Shown here piece by piece: positions 1-7,566 of a stretch of 64,000 nt of DNA; the first letter of the stretch is position 1, and the number at the start of each line of letters is the position of its first letter. The DNA is from Clostridia bacterium (lineage in GTDB: Bacteria > Bacillota > Clostridia > Oscillospirales > CAG-272): assembly GCA_017452525.1 (NCBI GenBank), contig JAFTMG010000006.1:45790-109789 (forward strand), given 5' to 3'. A program made the translations under genes and the position numbers. The notes beneath the pieces were generated by a model, which searched no databases, was not told where the DNA came from, and saw only the letters and a program-made list of their open reading frames with translations.

Positions 1-421
1 CAAAAAGAAGGTCGACGTCAATAAGGGAAAATGGATCGGTGTGGGCGGACATTGCGAGGAAAAAGAGTCGCCGGATGAATGCGTCGTTCGCGAGGTCAAA
101 GAGGAAACCGGATTGACCTTGAGAAATTGTCATGCACGCGGATTGGTAACCTTTATTTCCGATCTGTGGGAAATGGAATACATGCATCTTTTCACGGCAG
201 ATCGCTTTGAAGGAGAATTGATCGAGTGCAATGAGGGGACTCTTGCATGGATCCGCAAGGAGGATATTTTTTCTCTCCCTCTCTGGGAAGGCGATAAGAT
301 ATTTTTAGAACTGCTGGCAAGAGATGTTCCCTACTTCCATTTGAAATTGGAATATCGCGGAGATCTGCTGATCCGCGCGACATTGGACGGCAAGGTAATT
401 CGCGAAGAGGAGAAACAATGA
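1..421 (+). CDS. NUDIX hydrolase (MutT-like), 5'-truncated at window edge
   Basis: Nudix box GGHCEEKESPDECVVREVKEETG (GX5EX7REVXEEXG). The reading frame is open back to position 2. The listed ORF begins at a GTG at position 41, but the CDS clearly continues upstream. Confidence 0.8.
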   Translation, partial: KKKVDVNKGKWIGVGGHCEEKESPDECVVREVKEETGLTLRNCHARGLVTFISDLWEMEYMHLFTADRFEGELIECNEGTLAWIRKEDIFSLPLWEGDKIFLELLARDVPYFHLKLEYRGDLLIRATLDGKVIREEEKQ

Positions 422-948
422 GCATGCCGTATCGTTTGGAGCGATCGGACCGTAAAACCGTGCAATTGAAGGTCTGTCCCGACGGCTCTCTGGTGGTCCG
501 CGCTCCGCTTCGCTTCCCCATCCAAAGAATCGACCGATTTGTGGAACAGAATTCCACGTGGATCGAAAACCAGCGCAAAATTATGAAAAAACGGACACAG
601 CGGGAAATCACCTATGCGCAGACGCCCGAACAGATTGAATCCTTAAAGCAGACGGCGAGAGAGATCATCCCGGAAAAAGTTGCCTATTACAGCAACATCA
701 TGGGGGTCACGCCAAACAGTGTCAAAATCACTTCCGCCACAAAACGGTTCGGAAGCTGCAGCGGCAAAAACGGGCTTTGTTTTTCCTATCGCGTTATGAT
801 GTATCCCGATGAGGCGATCGACTATGTTGTCGTACATGAGTTGGCACACATACGCCATCACGATCACAGCAAGGCTTTTTACGATTTTATTGCCAAAACA
901 TTGCCGGACTATCGGGAGCGTGAAGCAATACTTCAAGAGCGTAGTTGA
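418..948 (+). CDS. YgjP/WLM-like zinc metallohydrolase (DUF45 family)
   Basis: HELAHIRHHDH motif (HExxH). GAGGAG RBS 5 nt upstream. ATGA overlap with the NUDIX stop. Confidence 0.75.
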   Translation: MSMPYRLERSDRKTVQLKVCPDGSLVVRAPLRFPIQRIDRFVEQNSTWIENQRKIMKKRTQREITYAQTPEQIESLKQTAREIIPEKVAYYSNIMGVTPNSVKITSATKRFGSCSGKNGLCFSYRVMMYPDEAIDYVVVHELAHIRHHDHSKAFYDFIAKTLPDYREREAILQERS

Positions 949-1035
949 TGTCATCACCGTATTTCTCTCACGGCCATCACAGAAAATCCCCTCAAAAGAG
1001 GTCAGAAAAAATTTATATTTTTTTCAAAAAAGGTA

Positions 1036-1063
1036 TTGACATTTGTGAAAAAAGTGGTATAAT
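1036..1063 (+). promoter_or_regulatory. sigma-A type promoter of the tRNA-Leu operon, with an AT-rich UP-like tract upstream
   Basis: TTGACA (1036-1041), 16-nt spacer, TGgTATAAT extended -10 (1055-1063), about 40 nt upstream of the first tRNA. Confidence 0.7.
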
Positions 1064-1101
1064 ATTTAACGTTGAGTGGTTACAACACCGCAAAACAAAA
1101 T

Positions 1102-1186
1102 GCGAGAGTGGCGGAACTGGCAGACGCGCACGTTTGAGGGGCGTGTGGTTCACACCGTACGGGTTCAAGTCCCGTTTCTCGCACCA
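1102..1186 (+). tRNA. tRNA-Leu(GAG)
   Basis: Hand-folded type II tRNA. Acceptor GCGAGAG/TTCTCGC. Anticodon stem CACGT/GCGTG with loop TTGAGGG (anticodon GAG). Long variable arm. T-arm ACGGG-TTCAAGT-CCCGT. Encoded CCA. Confidence 0.85.
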
Positions 1187-1188
1187 AC

Positions 1189-1275
1189 GCGGGTATGGCG
1201 GAATTGGCAGACGCGCTAGATTCAGGTTCTAGTGGGGGCAACTTCGTGGAGGTTCAAGTCCTCTTACCCGCACCA
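1189..1275 (+). tRNA. tRNA-Leu(CAG), copy 1
   Basis: Acceptor GCGGGTA/TACCCGC. Anticodon stem CTAGA/TCTAG with loop TTCAGGT (anticodon CAG). Long variable arm. TTCAAGT T-loop. Encoded CCA. Confidence 0.85.
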
Positions 1276-1279
1276 AGGT

Positions 1280-1313
1280 GCAAAGCACCGCACGGTGCTT
1301 TGCACTTTTCATT
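1280..1313 (+). terminator. intrinsic-terminator-like hairpin between the two tRNA-Leu(CAG) copies
   Basis: GCAAAGCACC-gcac-GGTGCTTTGC followed by ACTTTTCATT. Confidence 0.5.
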
Positions 1314-1332
1314 CCCTACTAATTTTATACCC

Positions 1333-1419
1333 GCGGGTATGGCGGAATTGGCAGACGCGCTAGATTCAGGTTCTAGTGGGGGCAACTTCGTGGAGGTTCA
1401 AGTCCTCTTACCCGCACCA
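1333..1419 (+). tRNA. tRNA-Leu(CAG), copy 2 (identical to copy 1)
   Basis: 87-nt sequence identical to 1189-1275. Confidence 0.85.
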
Positions 1420-1524
1420 GCCGACAGTGTCGGCACCCAAAGCTCGGGTGGCGACAGCAAAATTCCGAACCTTATCACACGATGATGGGGTTCGGATTTA
1501 TCTTTATTAACCGCACCAAAAAAT

Positions 1525-1552
1525 CGACAAGTTTTCGCTTGTCGGTTTTTTG
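1525..1552 (+). terminator. rho-independent terminator ending the tRNA operon
   Basis: CGACAAG-ttttcg-CTTGTCG followed by GTTTTTTG. A second weaker hairpin plus T-tract lies at 1467-1510. Confidence 0.7.
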
Positions 1553-1575
1553 CATTACAAAGAAGGAGTATTGTC

Positions 1576-2400
1576 ATGGATTACATCCAAGCGACTGCCG
1601 AACTCGAACGGCGCTACCGTCAAATATTTCGACAAAAAGGCGTCTCTCCCTCATGGGCATACCGAAAAACCGATCCTCCGCAAGAATTGATACACTGCCC
1701 TGTTCCTTTTGTCGGCAAGCACTATTTTGAACAGCCGATCAAAATACTCCTCTACGCAAGCGCAGAAAATCTGAATGGGTATCACCATTATCTGGACGAT
1801 GATGATTTTGCGATCCGACGGCACCGATATTATTTTGATCGATCTTTGGAAGATCCGGAAACCTTTTTTCCTTGGGTCCATATTGCCCCGATCAACAACG
1901 GCGCTTTGGTTTTATGCGCTTTTCATATTTTGTCTCGGTTAACAGATCCCGGGAACATGTCACCAAGCGAATTTTTGGAAACGATCTCCTTTGGAAATTA
2001 CGGAAAATACACCATATGTCCGCACGAAGGTAGCAGAAATGTCGATTATGCATCGCAACCGCAAAAGCTCAAGGAATCACAGGAATACGTTGCGGTAGAT
2101 ATTGAAGTTTTAAAGCCTGACTACATTATCATGGTCGGCACCATATATCACGGTGCCGGACAGCAAAAAGAATTCATCGACCGTATCAAGGGAGATGCCA
2201 AAATCATTCCGATATATCAGATCACACCTACCACCGTCAACAGTCCCAATCTTTTCCGAAAATTCGGTGTCTCCGATCTTCGGGATCTCCATCCAACCTT
2301 GACACGCTGGTATCCTCATTTTCGTGCCGGTGCCGTATCGGGAAAATATTTCATGTCGGTATTTTCATATTTGGACCACGTGCTGGAACAACTCACTTAA
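1576..2400 (+). CDS. hypothetical protein (274 aa, no recognisable motif)
   Basis: Long ORF with a stop followed by a terminator. Sits next to the tRNA cluster and is convergent with the downstream glycoside-hydrolase operon. Confidence 0.5.
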   Translation: MDYIQATAELERRYRQIFRQKGVSPSWAYRKTDPPQELIHCPVPFVGKHYFEQPIKILLYASAENLNGYHHYLDDDDFAIRRHRYYFDRSLEDPETFFPWVHIAPINNGALVLCAFHILSRLTDPGNMSPSEFLETISFGNYGKYTICPHEGSRNVDYASQPQKLKESQEYVAVDIEVLKPDYIIMVGTIYHGAGQQKEFIDRIKGDAKIIPIYQITPTTVNSPNLFRKFGVSDLRDLHPTLTRWYPHFRAGAVSGKYFMSVFSYLDHVLEQLT

Positions 2401-2406
2401 TATTCA

Positions 2407-2447
2407 AAACCGCCCGTCTTTCCCTTAGAAGGACGAGCGGTTTTTTC
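2407..2447 (+). terminator. bidirectional intrinsic terminator
   Basis: CCGCCCGTC ... GACGAGCGG stem followed by TTTTTTCG. An A-tract on the other side would serve the convergent minus-strand gene. Confidence 0.7.
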
Positions 2448-2452
2448 GTATT

Positions 2453-4147
2453 TTACAGTTCAACGGGTACGATCTCGATACCAATTCGCATGGAATCCGT
2501 TCCGACTGCAAGATAGGTCAGATAGTGTCCGTTTCGATTCGCTGCCATGCGGTCAAGATCTTCGATCTGCCCACCTTCTACCGTATAGCGGCACAGCCAT
2601 CCCTTGTACCGAACGGTCAAGGAATTTTCATCGGCATCTATTTGTGCCTCCGTCTCACCGTCAAAAGAAAACGCGGGAAGAAGATATCCTATCTTGCCTG
2701 TTCCGCTCAGTCCGATCGCCACGCCGGAACCGTTCACACAGTAATCAGAAGTAACGTCACGCCCCTTCGGAAAATAACACGTCACTGAAGCGCGGGCATC
2801 GCCGGCAGTCGTATCTGCTTGGACCACCTCGTGCTTAACATCCGACTCTGCTCCAAAACACCAAGCTTCCCCGTCATAGACGGCGGGACAAAGTGCAAGC
2901 GGCATCGGCTGATCTAGGTCTACGTGGTATTTGGGAGCGGCAGGACACGGAACAGACATACAAATGGCGGAGGGTGCCCCCACGCGGTGGACTCTGCCAA
3001 GCCCGCTCGCATCATATTGCGGGTCTGCATCCAGATCGATCTCCAAGCCGTATCCCCCGCTCTTGAGGAACAGTTTATGAAAATATTCCGTGGTTTGGAA
3101 AACCGTTGGCTGTATATCCGAAAGTGCCGGCGTAGGAATCGTATCGTCGCAAACCAGATACGCGGCGTACAAATTGGATGCGGCAGTGATCATATATTTA
3201 TCGAAATAGGCGTATTTTTCACAGCCGTAAAAGGATTCGGTAGGAAAACGGTTTTTGATATGAAGGATCGGTTCCATTTCCAACCAATATTCCGTAACGG
3301 AAATTGCCCGTTTGATCGCTGCCTTGAATTCACCTGCAAGCGCGATATTCCCTTCCCGCGCATAGCGACAAGCTTCAAACTCATATACGGTGATCATCCA
3401 CGCCTCATTGTGCAAAAACTGATTGCTTCTGCCTCCAAACGCCATTTCACCGTTGGGAGATTGCATTTTCAAGGTCAGCAACGCCGATTTTTTCAGAAAA
3501 GCATCAATTTTTTCATAATGGCACCCGCGATAACCGTCCTGCAACAGCAACACGAACAGACCGCGCGGTACCAGATCGTACATCATGGGCTGATGATTTA
3601 CGGCTTGCTTGTTATCCATATACATGCCGTTCTCATCCAACCATTGAAATTGAGAAGCGATCTGAGTATCAATGAATGTCATTGAATCACAAAGCCCCAT
3701 TTGTTGACGGAAAAACTCGCTCACACCGGTAAACAGCGCCCAATTTCTGACATTGTCCGCAGGCGTGACCGCGAACACGTTATAACACGTGGTCGGCTCG
3801 ATCGTAGCAAGATATCCTTTCCACCGTTCAACGGTCTCAGCGTCCACGATCCCGCTCCGCTCCACCTCACGGATACAGCACACGATCTCGCGGACCGAAA
3901 AATCATTTGCCGCCTTTACGCAAGGAATGGTCTTGCAGCAGAATTCCATCATCTCCAAAAATATCGGAAGCAGATCATGTCTCCGTCCGTGTGAGATCAG
4001 AATACCGATGTTGGCGGTCAATCTCGGAAACCCGTGTTCGGTCAAGCCGTTGGTCTTTACATCGTCAAAATATCTGAGAATGTGCTCAATCGAATATGCG
4101 GACAATACTTTATCCATCAACTCAATATACTTTTCCTTCATCGTCAT
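2453..4147 (-). CDS. putative glycoside hydrolase / polysaccharide-processing enzyme (family not assignable by eye)
   Basis: 564-aa cytoplasmic protein co-oriented with, and 12 nt downstream of, a beta-helix (pectate-lyase/GH28-like) gene. The true start may be the second ATG at 4141. Confidence 0.45.
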   Translation of the reverse strand: MTMKEKYIELMDKVLSAYSIEHILRYFDDVKTNGLTEHGFPRLTANIGILISHGRRHDLLPIFLEMMEFCCKTIPCVKAANDFSVREIVCCIREVERSGIVDAETVERWKGYLATIEPTTCYNVFAVTPADNVRNWALFTGVSEFFRQQMGLCDSMTFIDTQIASQFQWLDENGMYMDNKQAVNHQPMMYDLVPRGLFVLLLQDGYRGCHYEKIDAFLKKSALLTLKMQSPNGEMAFGGRSNQFLHNEAWMITVYEFEACRYAREGNIALAGEFKAAIKRAISVTEYWLEMEPILHIKNRFPTESFYGCEKYAYFDKYMITAASNLYAAYLVCDDTIPTPALSDIQPTVFQTTEYFHKLFLKSGGYGLEIDLDADPQYDASGLGRVHRVGAPSAICMSVPCPAAPKYHVDLDQPMPLALCPAVYDGEAWCFGAESDVKHEVVQADTTAGDARASVTCYFPKGRDVTSDYCVNGSGVAIGLSGTGKIGYLLPAFSFDGETEAQIDADENSLTVRYKGWLCRYTVEGGQIEDLDRMAANRNGHYLTYLAVGTDSMRIGIEIVPVEL

Positions 4148-4159
4148 TTCCTTTCCGTA

Positions 4160-5239
4160 TCAGGCCTGCTCTCGCTGGTCCAAGAGCATTTTGGTATCCT
4201 CCAATGCCTCAATGCCATACATGACAAGCTCCTCTATAGAGCCCGCAAGAGATATCACATATTTTCCCCTGCCCCGGACATTTCTTACCGTAATATGATG
4301 CGTCTCCTCACCCGTCGCATGGCGCGCGCCGTAGAGTCTCGTATCGCCGATCCGCACGGCGTATATACCGCGGTCCATATGCGGCGACGCCGCAGAAGTA
4401 TCATACACACCGTCGATCTGCACGTCATACAGTTTTACGCCGCCTTGATTCAGGAGTCTGACATTGGTGCAAAACGCCGACGTGGCAACATTTCTGATGC
4501 GGATACGGCAGATATCCGAGGACATTCCCGCCACCGCAAAGGCTTGCTCCAACCTACCGTTCAATCCGGTGACCGCAACCGAATCGTCCTCGGTAAAACC
4601 CGTAACGTCCGAGATCGTAATATCATGGCATCCTTGACGAAGATCGATTCCGTCCGCATTCTTTACCAAAACCTCGGCATATTTGTCACGCCGCAGACCG
4701 TGATAGAGAACGCCGTTTTCATCCACACCAAGATCGCTCGCACAAAAATCCACGTTTCTGATCTCACCGAAGGCACAATAGACAAAATTGAGTGCCCACC
4801 ATCGCTGATTCCGACAGGCGATCCCGGAAATTTGAAAGCCCTCCACATTGGTAAACAGCAACAGGTTGTTTTTCCAAATGGGCGGCAGTCCGTTCTGCAG
4901 CTGTGTCTTCTCGGACAAGCCATTATAGGTACCTCCATCCAGAATCGCCTTTCCACGCCCAAGCAGAGTAATGTTGTGGTCTCTACCTTCTGCGGTACGT
5001 CCCTTTTCGGTATCGTGATGTTCGTTTACGAACATATTGGAATAACATCCGTCTGCCATTCGCAAATGGCAATCATCCAATATCAGCGTAAAATTACTCG
5101 GAATACGAACAGCAGCATCGATCTCCCAATTGCCGTGAACGGTCGCAGTTCGGCTTTCGTTTTCTATCGCAGCGTGAATCAGCGCAGAAATATACGCGCT
5201 TCCTCCATTGGAAAACAAGCTTTGCTTCATATAATTCAC
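4160..5239 (-). CDS. right-handed parallel beta-helix protein (pectate lyase / GH28-like)
   Basis: Sequence character is consistent with the pectate-lyase superfamily. The codon at 5239 is GTG. The ATG at 5230 (MKQSLF) is an alternative start. Confidence 0.55.
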   Translation of the reverse strand: MNYMKQSLFSNGGSAYISALIHAAIENESRTATVHGNWEIDAAVRIPSNFTLILDDCHLRMADGCYSNMFVNEHHDTEKGRTAEGRDHNITLLGRGKAILDGGTYNGLSEKTQLQNGLPPIWKNNLLLFTNVEGFQISGIACRNQRWWALNFVYCAFGEIRNVDFCASDLGVDENGVLYHGLRRDKYAEVLVKNADGIDLRQGCHDITISDVTGFTEDDSVAVTGLNGRLEQAFAVAGMSSDICRIRIRNVATSAFCTNVRLLNQGGVKLYDVQIDGVYDTSAASPHMDRGIYAVRIGDTRLYGARHATGEETHHITVRNVRGRGKYVISLAGSIEELVMYGIEALEDTKMLLDQREQA

Positions 5240-5269
5240 CGATCCTTTCGGTCTTCCTCAGATACTTAC

Positions 5270-5297
5270 ATTATAGCAAATCGGTCCGAAAAGTCAA
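5270..5297 (-). promoter_or_regulatory. promoter of the beta-helix/GH operon
   Basis: Minus strand: TTGACT, 16-nt spacer, TATAAT (plus coordinates 5292-5297 and 5270-5275). Confidence 0.6.
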
Positions 5298-5328
5298 GGA
5301 CTTCTTCCGCAAATCAGCATCGCCGCTT

Positions 5329-7137
5329 TTACTCCTTGATATATTCAAATCGCACCTTCCGCATACGGCGTATCAGCGATAACAGCTCCTGTTTTCTCGG
5401 CAAGTCCAGAAAACGCTCGCAGGTGGTGAAATAGGAGGAGTACAGAAGATCCAGACCCTCCCGCTCAATACGCGCGTATAACTCATCGATCCTTGCTTCC
5501 AGATCGATCACCCGATCCCGATTGGATATTGTCAGATATCGCAACATAAAGCCAAGCGCATTCCACTGCCGCGGTGTGACCACATCTTGAAGTCCGCGCA
5601 CGTCGATCCGCTCGTTGCCGATTACGATCATGCCCATATCCCACACCTCCAAGCGCTCGCTTCCGCTTCCCGCAGGATACGAGGTGAAACCCTCGTGCGG
5701 GCTGACACGGCGTTGGCTCCATTGTGCTTCCATCGGCGGCTCAAATACCACACCGTTTGCATAACATATCGATCTGCTTCTCTCCGTCACGTCACCGATC
5801 AGATAATCCTCCATCATATAGACCCGATCGGCAACGGACAGGTATTCCCCACTCCCGCCAATCACCAGGATCGTAGAAACTCCCCGCTCACGGTAGAGCT
5901 CATTGACTCTGTCCGTAAATGGCATGATCGGCTCCCGTCGGATCAGGCTTTTCATCATACGGTCGCGGATCATGAAATTGGTGGCACTGCGGTCTTCATC
6001 GATCAGCAAAAGCGTACTGCCGCTATGGACTGCCTCCATAATGTTTGCCGCTTGAGAAGTGGAACCCGAGGCATGATCGGTGGAAAAATCCCGCGGATCG
6101 TCGTTGGGAAGCCATTGGATAAACGGTGAAATATTCAGATGTCTCACACTTCTGCCGTCCTCAGCGGCTATGGTTACCGCCGTACCGTCCGTAATACAAA
6201 GCTCCCTGCCGTCCCCCAATACGTGATCGTATATGCCTGCCGCGATCGCGTCCAGCAGGGTGGATTTGCCGGAATAGCCGCCTCCCGTGATCACCGTAAC
6301 GCCTTTGCGAATTCCCATCCCGCGAACGCCGCAGACCTCCACCTCATCCTTCGGTGTCGATAGAAACGGGACCGCGCCGCGCATCGGCAGATCACTCCCT
6401 TTGGACCGCGGCAAAATGCTTCCGTTGGCAATAAACGCACAAAATTCACTTGTGCTCAGCCATGTACGGATCGCATGCTGCTGCTTCGCAAGCACGATCA
6501 CCTCCGATATTTCGCTCCGATCCAATCCTACAATAAACCGATCCACCGCATCCGGCAGATCACGACATAGCATCTGGATCGCCTTGCGTAGCTTTCTGCG
6601 CGGCAATTGCACCTGCAGCCGAAGGCAAAGACAGCGCTGCGGTGGACGGTTTCGCCTGTCCGTCAGAATATACACGGTCGAGCCGGAACCGTTTTCGTAA
6701 TCCTTGGGTATGCACTCTGCAAAATAGGCGGCATTTCTCTGTAAGATCTCTCCGCCCGGTCGGCACAGTTCATATCTTCCGTTTTCTTCATCCGGTCGCC
6801 CGCGGTTATAAAGTGCTTGGTTTAACTCTTCCATGTAATTCCCGAAGACGCGCAGGCAAAAATCCGCAAGCGCGCATTCCGCCTCGGGTGGCGGTGGCTC
6901 TATACCCAAATCCTTACATGGAATGCTGATCGTCACGGTAGGCTTATCCTGTGCCAACTTGTGCGTGCAGGAGATATGAAACCCGATTTCACCGTAATAA
7001 TACGTCGGATCATATTCCGCCCACGGCTCTATGGTGGGGTGCGACGGATCGGCAACGAGCATCCCTCCTTCGTACATTTCTTTATATGTTACCGTATTCG
7101 GTTCCATTGCCAACAGCTTGTTTTTCAGTCTCTTCAT
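5329..7137 (-). CDS. ABC-ATPase domain protein (predicted ATPase of the ABC class, pfam09818-like), function unknown
   Basis: P-loop VITGGGYSGKSTLLDAI. Start reassigned to the ATG at 7137 (MKRLKNK...) because GGGAGG lies 6 nt upstream. The longer listed ORF (to 7446) runs through the leader and promoter. Confidence 0.75.
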   Translation of the reverse strand: MKRLKNKLLAMEPNTVTYKEMYEGGMLVADPSHPTIEPWAEYDPTYYYGEIGFHISCTHKLAQDKPTVTISIPCKDLGIEPPPPEAECALADFCLRVFGNYMEELNQALYNRGRPDEENGRYELCRPGGEILQRNAAYFAECIPKDYENGSGSTVYILTDRRNRPPQRCLCLRLQVQLPRRKLRKAIQMLCRDLPDAVDRFIVGLDRSEISEVIVLAKQQHAIRTWLSTSEFCAFIANGSILPRSKGSDLPMRGAVPFLSTPKDEVEVCGVRGMGIRKGVTVITGGGYSGKSTLLDAIAAGIYDHVLGDGRELCITDGTAVTIAAEDGRSVRHLNISPFIQWLPNDDPRDFSTDHASGSTSQAANIMEAVHSGSTLLLIDEDRSATNFMIRDRMMKSLIRREPIMPFTDRVNELYRERGVSTILVIGGSGEYLSVADRVYMMEDYLIGDVTERSRSICYANGVVFEPPMEAQWSQRRVSPHEGFTSYPAGSGSERLEVWDMGMIVIGNERIDVRGLQDVVTPRQWNALGFMLRYLTISNRDRVIDLEARIDELYARIEREGLDLLYSSYFTTCERFLDLPRKQELLSLIRRMRKVRFEYIKE

Positions 7138-7235
7138 GAGCATCCTCCCTTTCTGTATGTAAGCCAAAAAATCACGTATTTTTTCCTCCTTGTTCCATGA
7201 TTTTTCGTTTTCACTTATATTCCGCATGCCCTCCA

Positions 7236-7264
7236 CGAAAAACAAAAAGCACCCTCTCGGGTGC
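7236..7264 (-). terminator. intrinsic terminator/attenuator in the leader of the ABC-ATPase gene
   Basis: Minus strand: GCACCC-gaga-GGGTGC followed by TTTTTGTTTTTCG. An upstream CTCGGGTG (7285-7292) is perfectly complementary to CACCCGAG in the 5' arm, which would form an antiterminator. Confidence 0.55.
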
Positions 7265-7331
7265 AAAAGCATATAAAGAAAACACACCCGAGGTCGGATG
7301 TGTACCGCAGTTGTATTCCAATTGCCAATAC

Positions 7332-7385
7332 TCAGACAATTACAAATAATACGGAGTCGATCCGACGAATATAAGCTTTCATCAT
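7332..7385 (-). CDS. candidate leader peptide (17 aa, MMKAYIRRIDSVLFVIV)
   Basis: GAGGAGG lies 6 nt upstream of ATGATG. Sits between the promoter (7429-7457) and the terminator (7236-7264). Confidence 0.35.
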   Translation of the reverse strand: MMKAYIRRIDSVLFVIV

Positions 7386-7428
7386 TTATCGCCTCCTCAC
7401 AAGGTAATTTGCATCTCTTTGCGGATTC

Positions 7429-7457
7429 AGTATAGCATACTGCCATATTTTTGTCAA
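7429..7457 (-). promoter_or_regulatory. promoter driving the leader/ABC-ATPase transcript
   Basis: Minus strand: TTGACA, 17-nt spacer, TATACT. Confidence 0.6.
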
Positions 7458-7500
7458 GTTCTTTTTTTCTTATATTTATTCGTTTTTTGCATAAAAAGTC

Positions 7501-7529
7501 TTTACATTTTATTAGCGCTGTGCTATAAT
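7501..7529 (+). promoter_or_regulatory. putP promoter (divergent from the minus-strand promoter above)
   Basis: TTTACA, 17-nt spacer, TATAAT. GAAGGGAG RBS before the ATG at 7567. Confidence 0.6.
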
Positions 7530-7566
7530 AAAGCGTATATTACATTCATCGAAGGGAGTTATATCC

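Larger units (their letters stand above)
1187..1419 (+). repeat. tandem direct duplication of the tRNA-Leu(CAG) unit (2 x 87 nt, 57-nt spacer)
   Basis: Exact sequence identity of 1189-1275 and 1333-1419. The six-frame ORF 1195-1485 shows the same peptide twice. Confidence 0.9.

Noticed and set aside
1195-1485. 96-aa ORF with the internally repeated peptide MAELADALDSGSSGGNFVEVQVLLPAP.
   Set aside because: It is the translation of the two identical tRNA-Leu(CAG) genes and their spacer, not a protein.
1036-2447. tRNA-Leu cluster plus orphan gene as a genomic island or integrated element.
   Set aside because: There is no integrase, recombinase or excisionase, and no duplicated tRNA 3'-end att repeat flanking the orphan gene. 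The duplication involves whole tRNA genes in tandem.
5329-7446. 705-aa version of the ABC-ATPase ORF starting at 7446.
   Set aside because: The extra 100 N-terminal codons run through the leader uORF, the terminator hairpin and the promoter. A canonical GGGAGG RBS precedes the internal ATG at 7137, which gives a protein length typical of the family.
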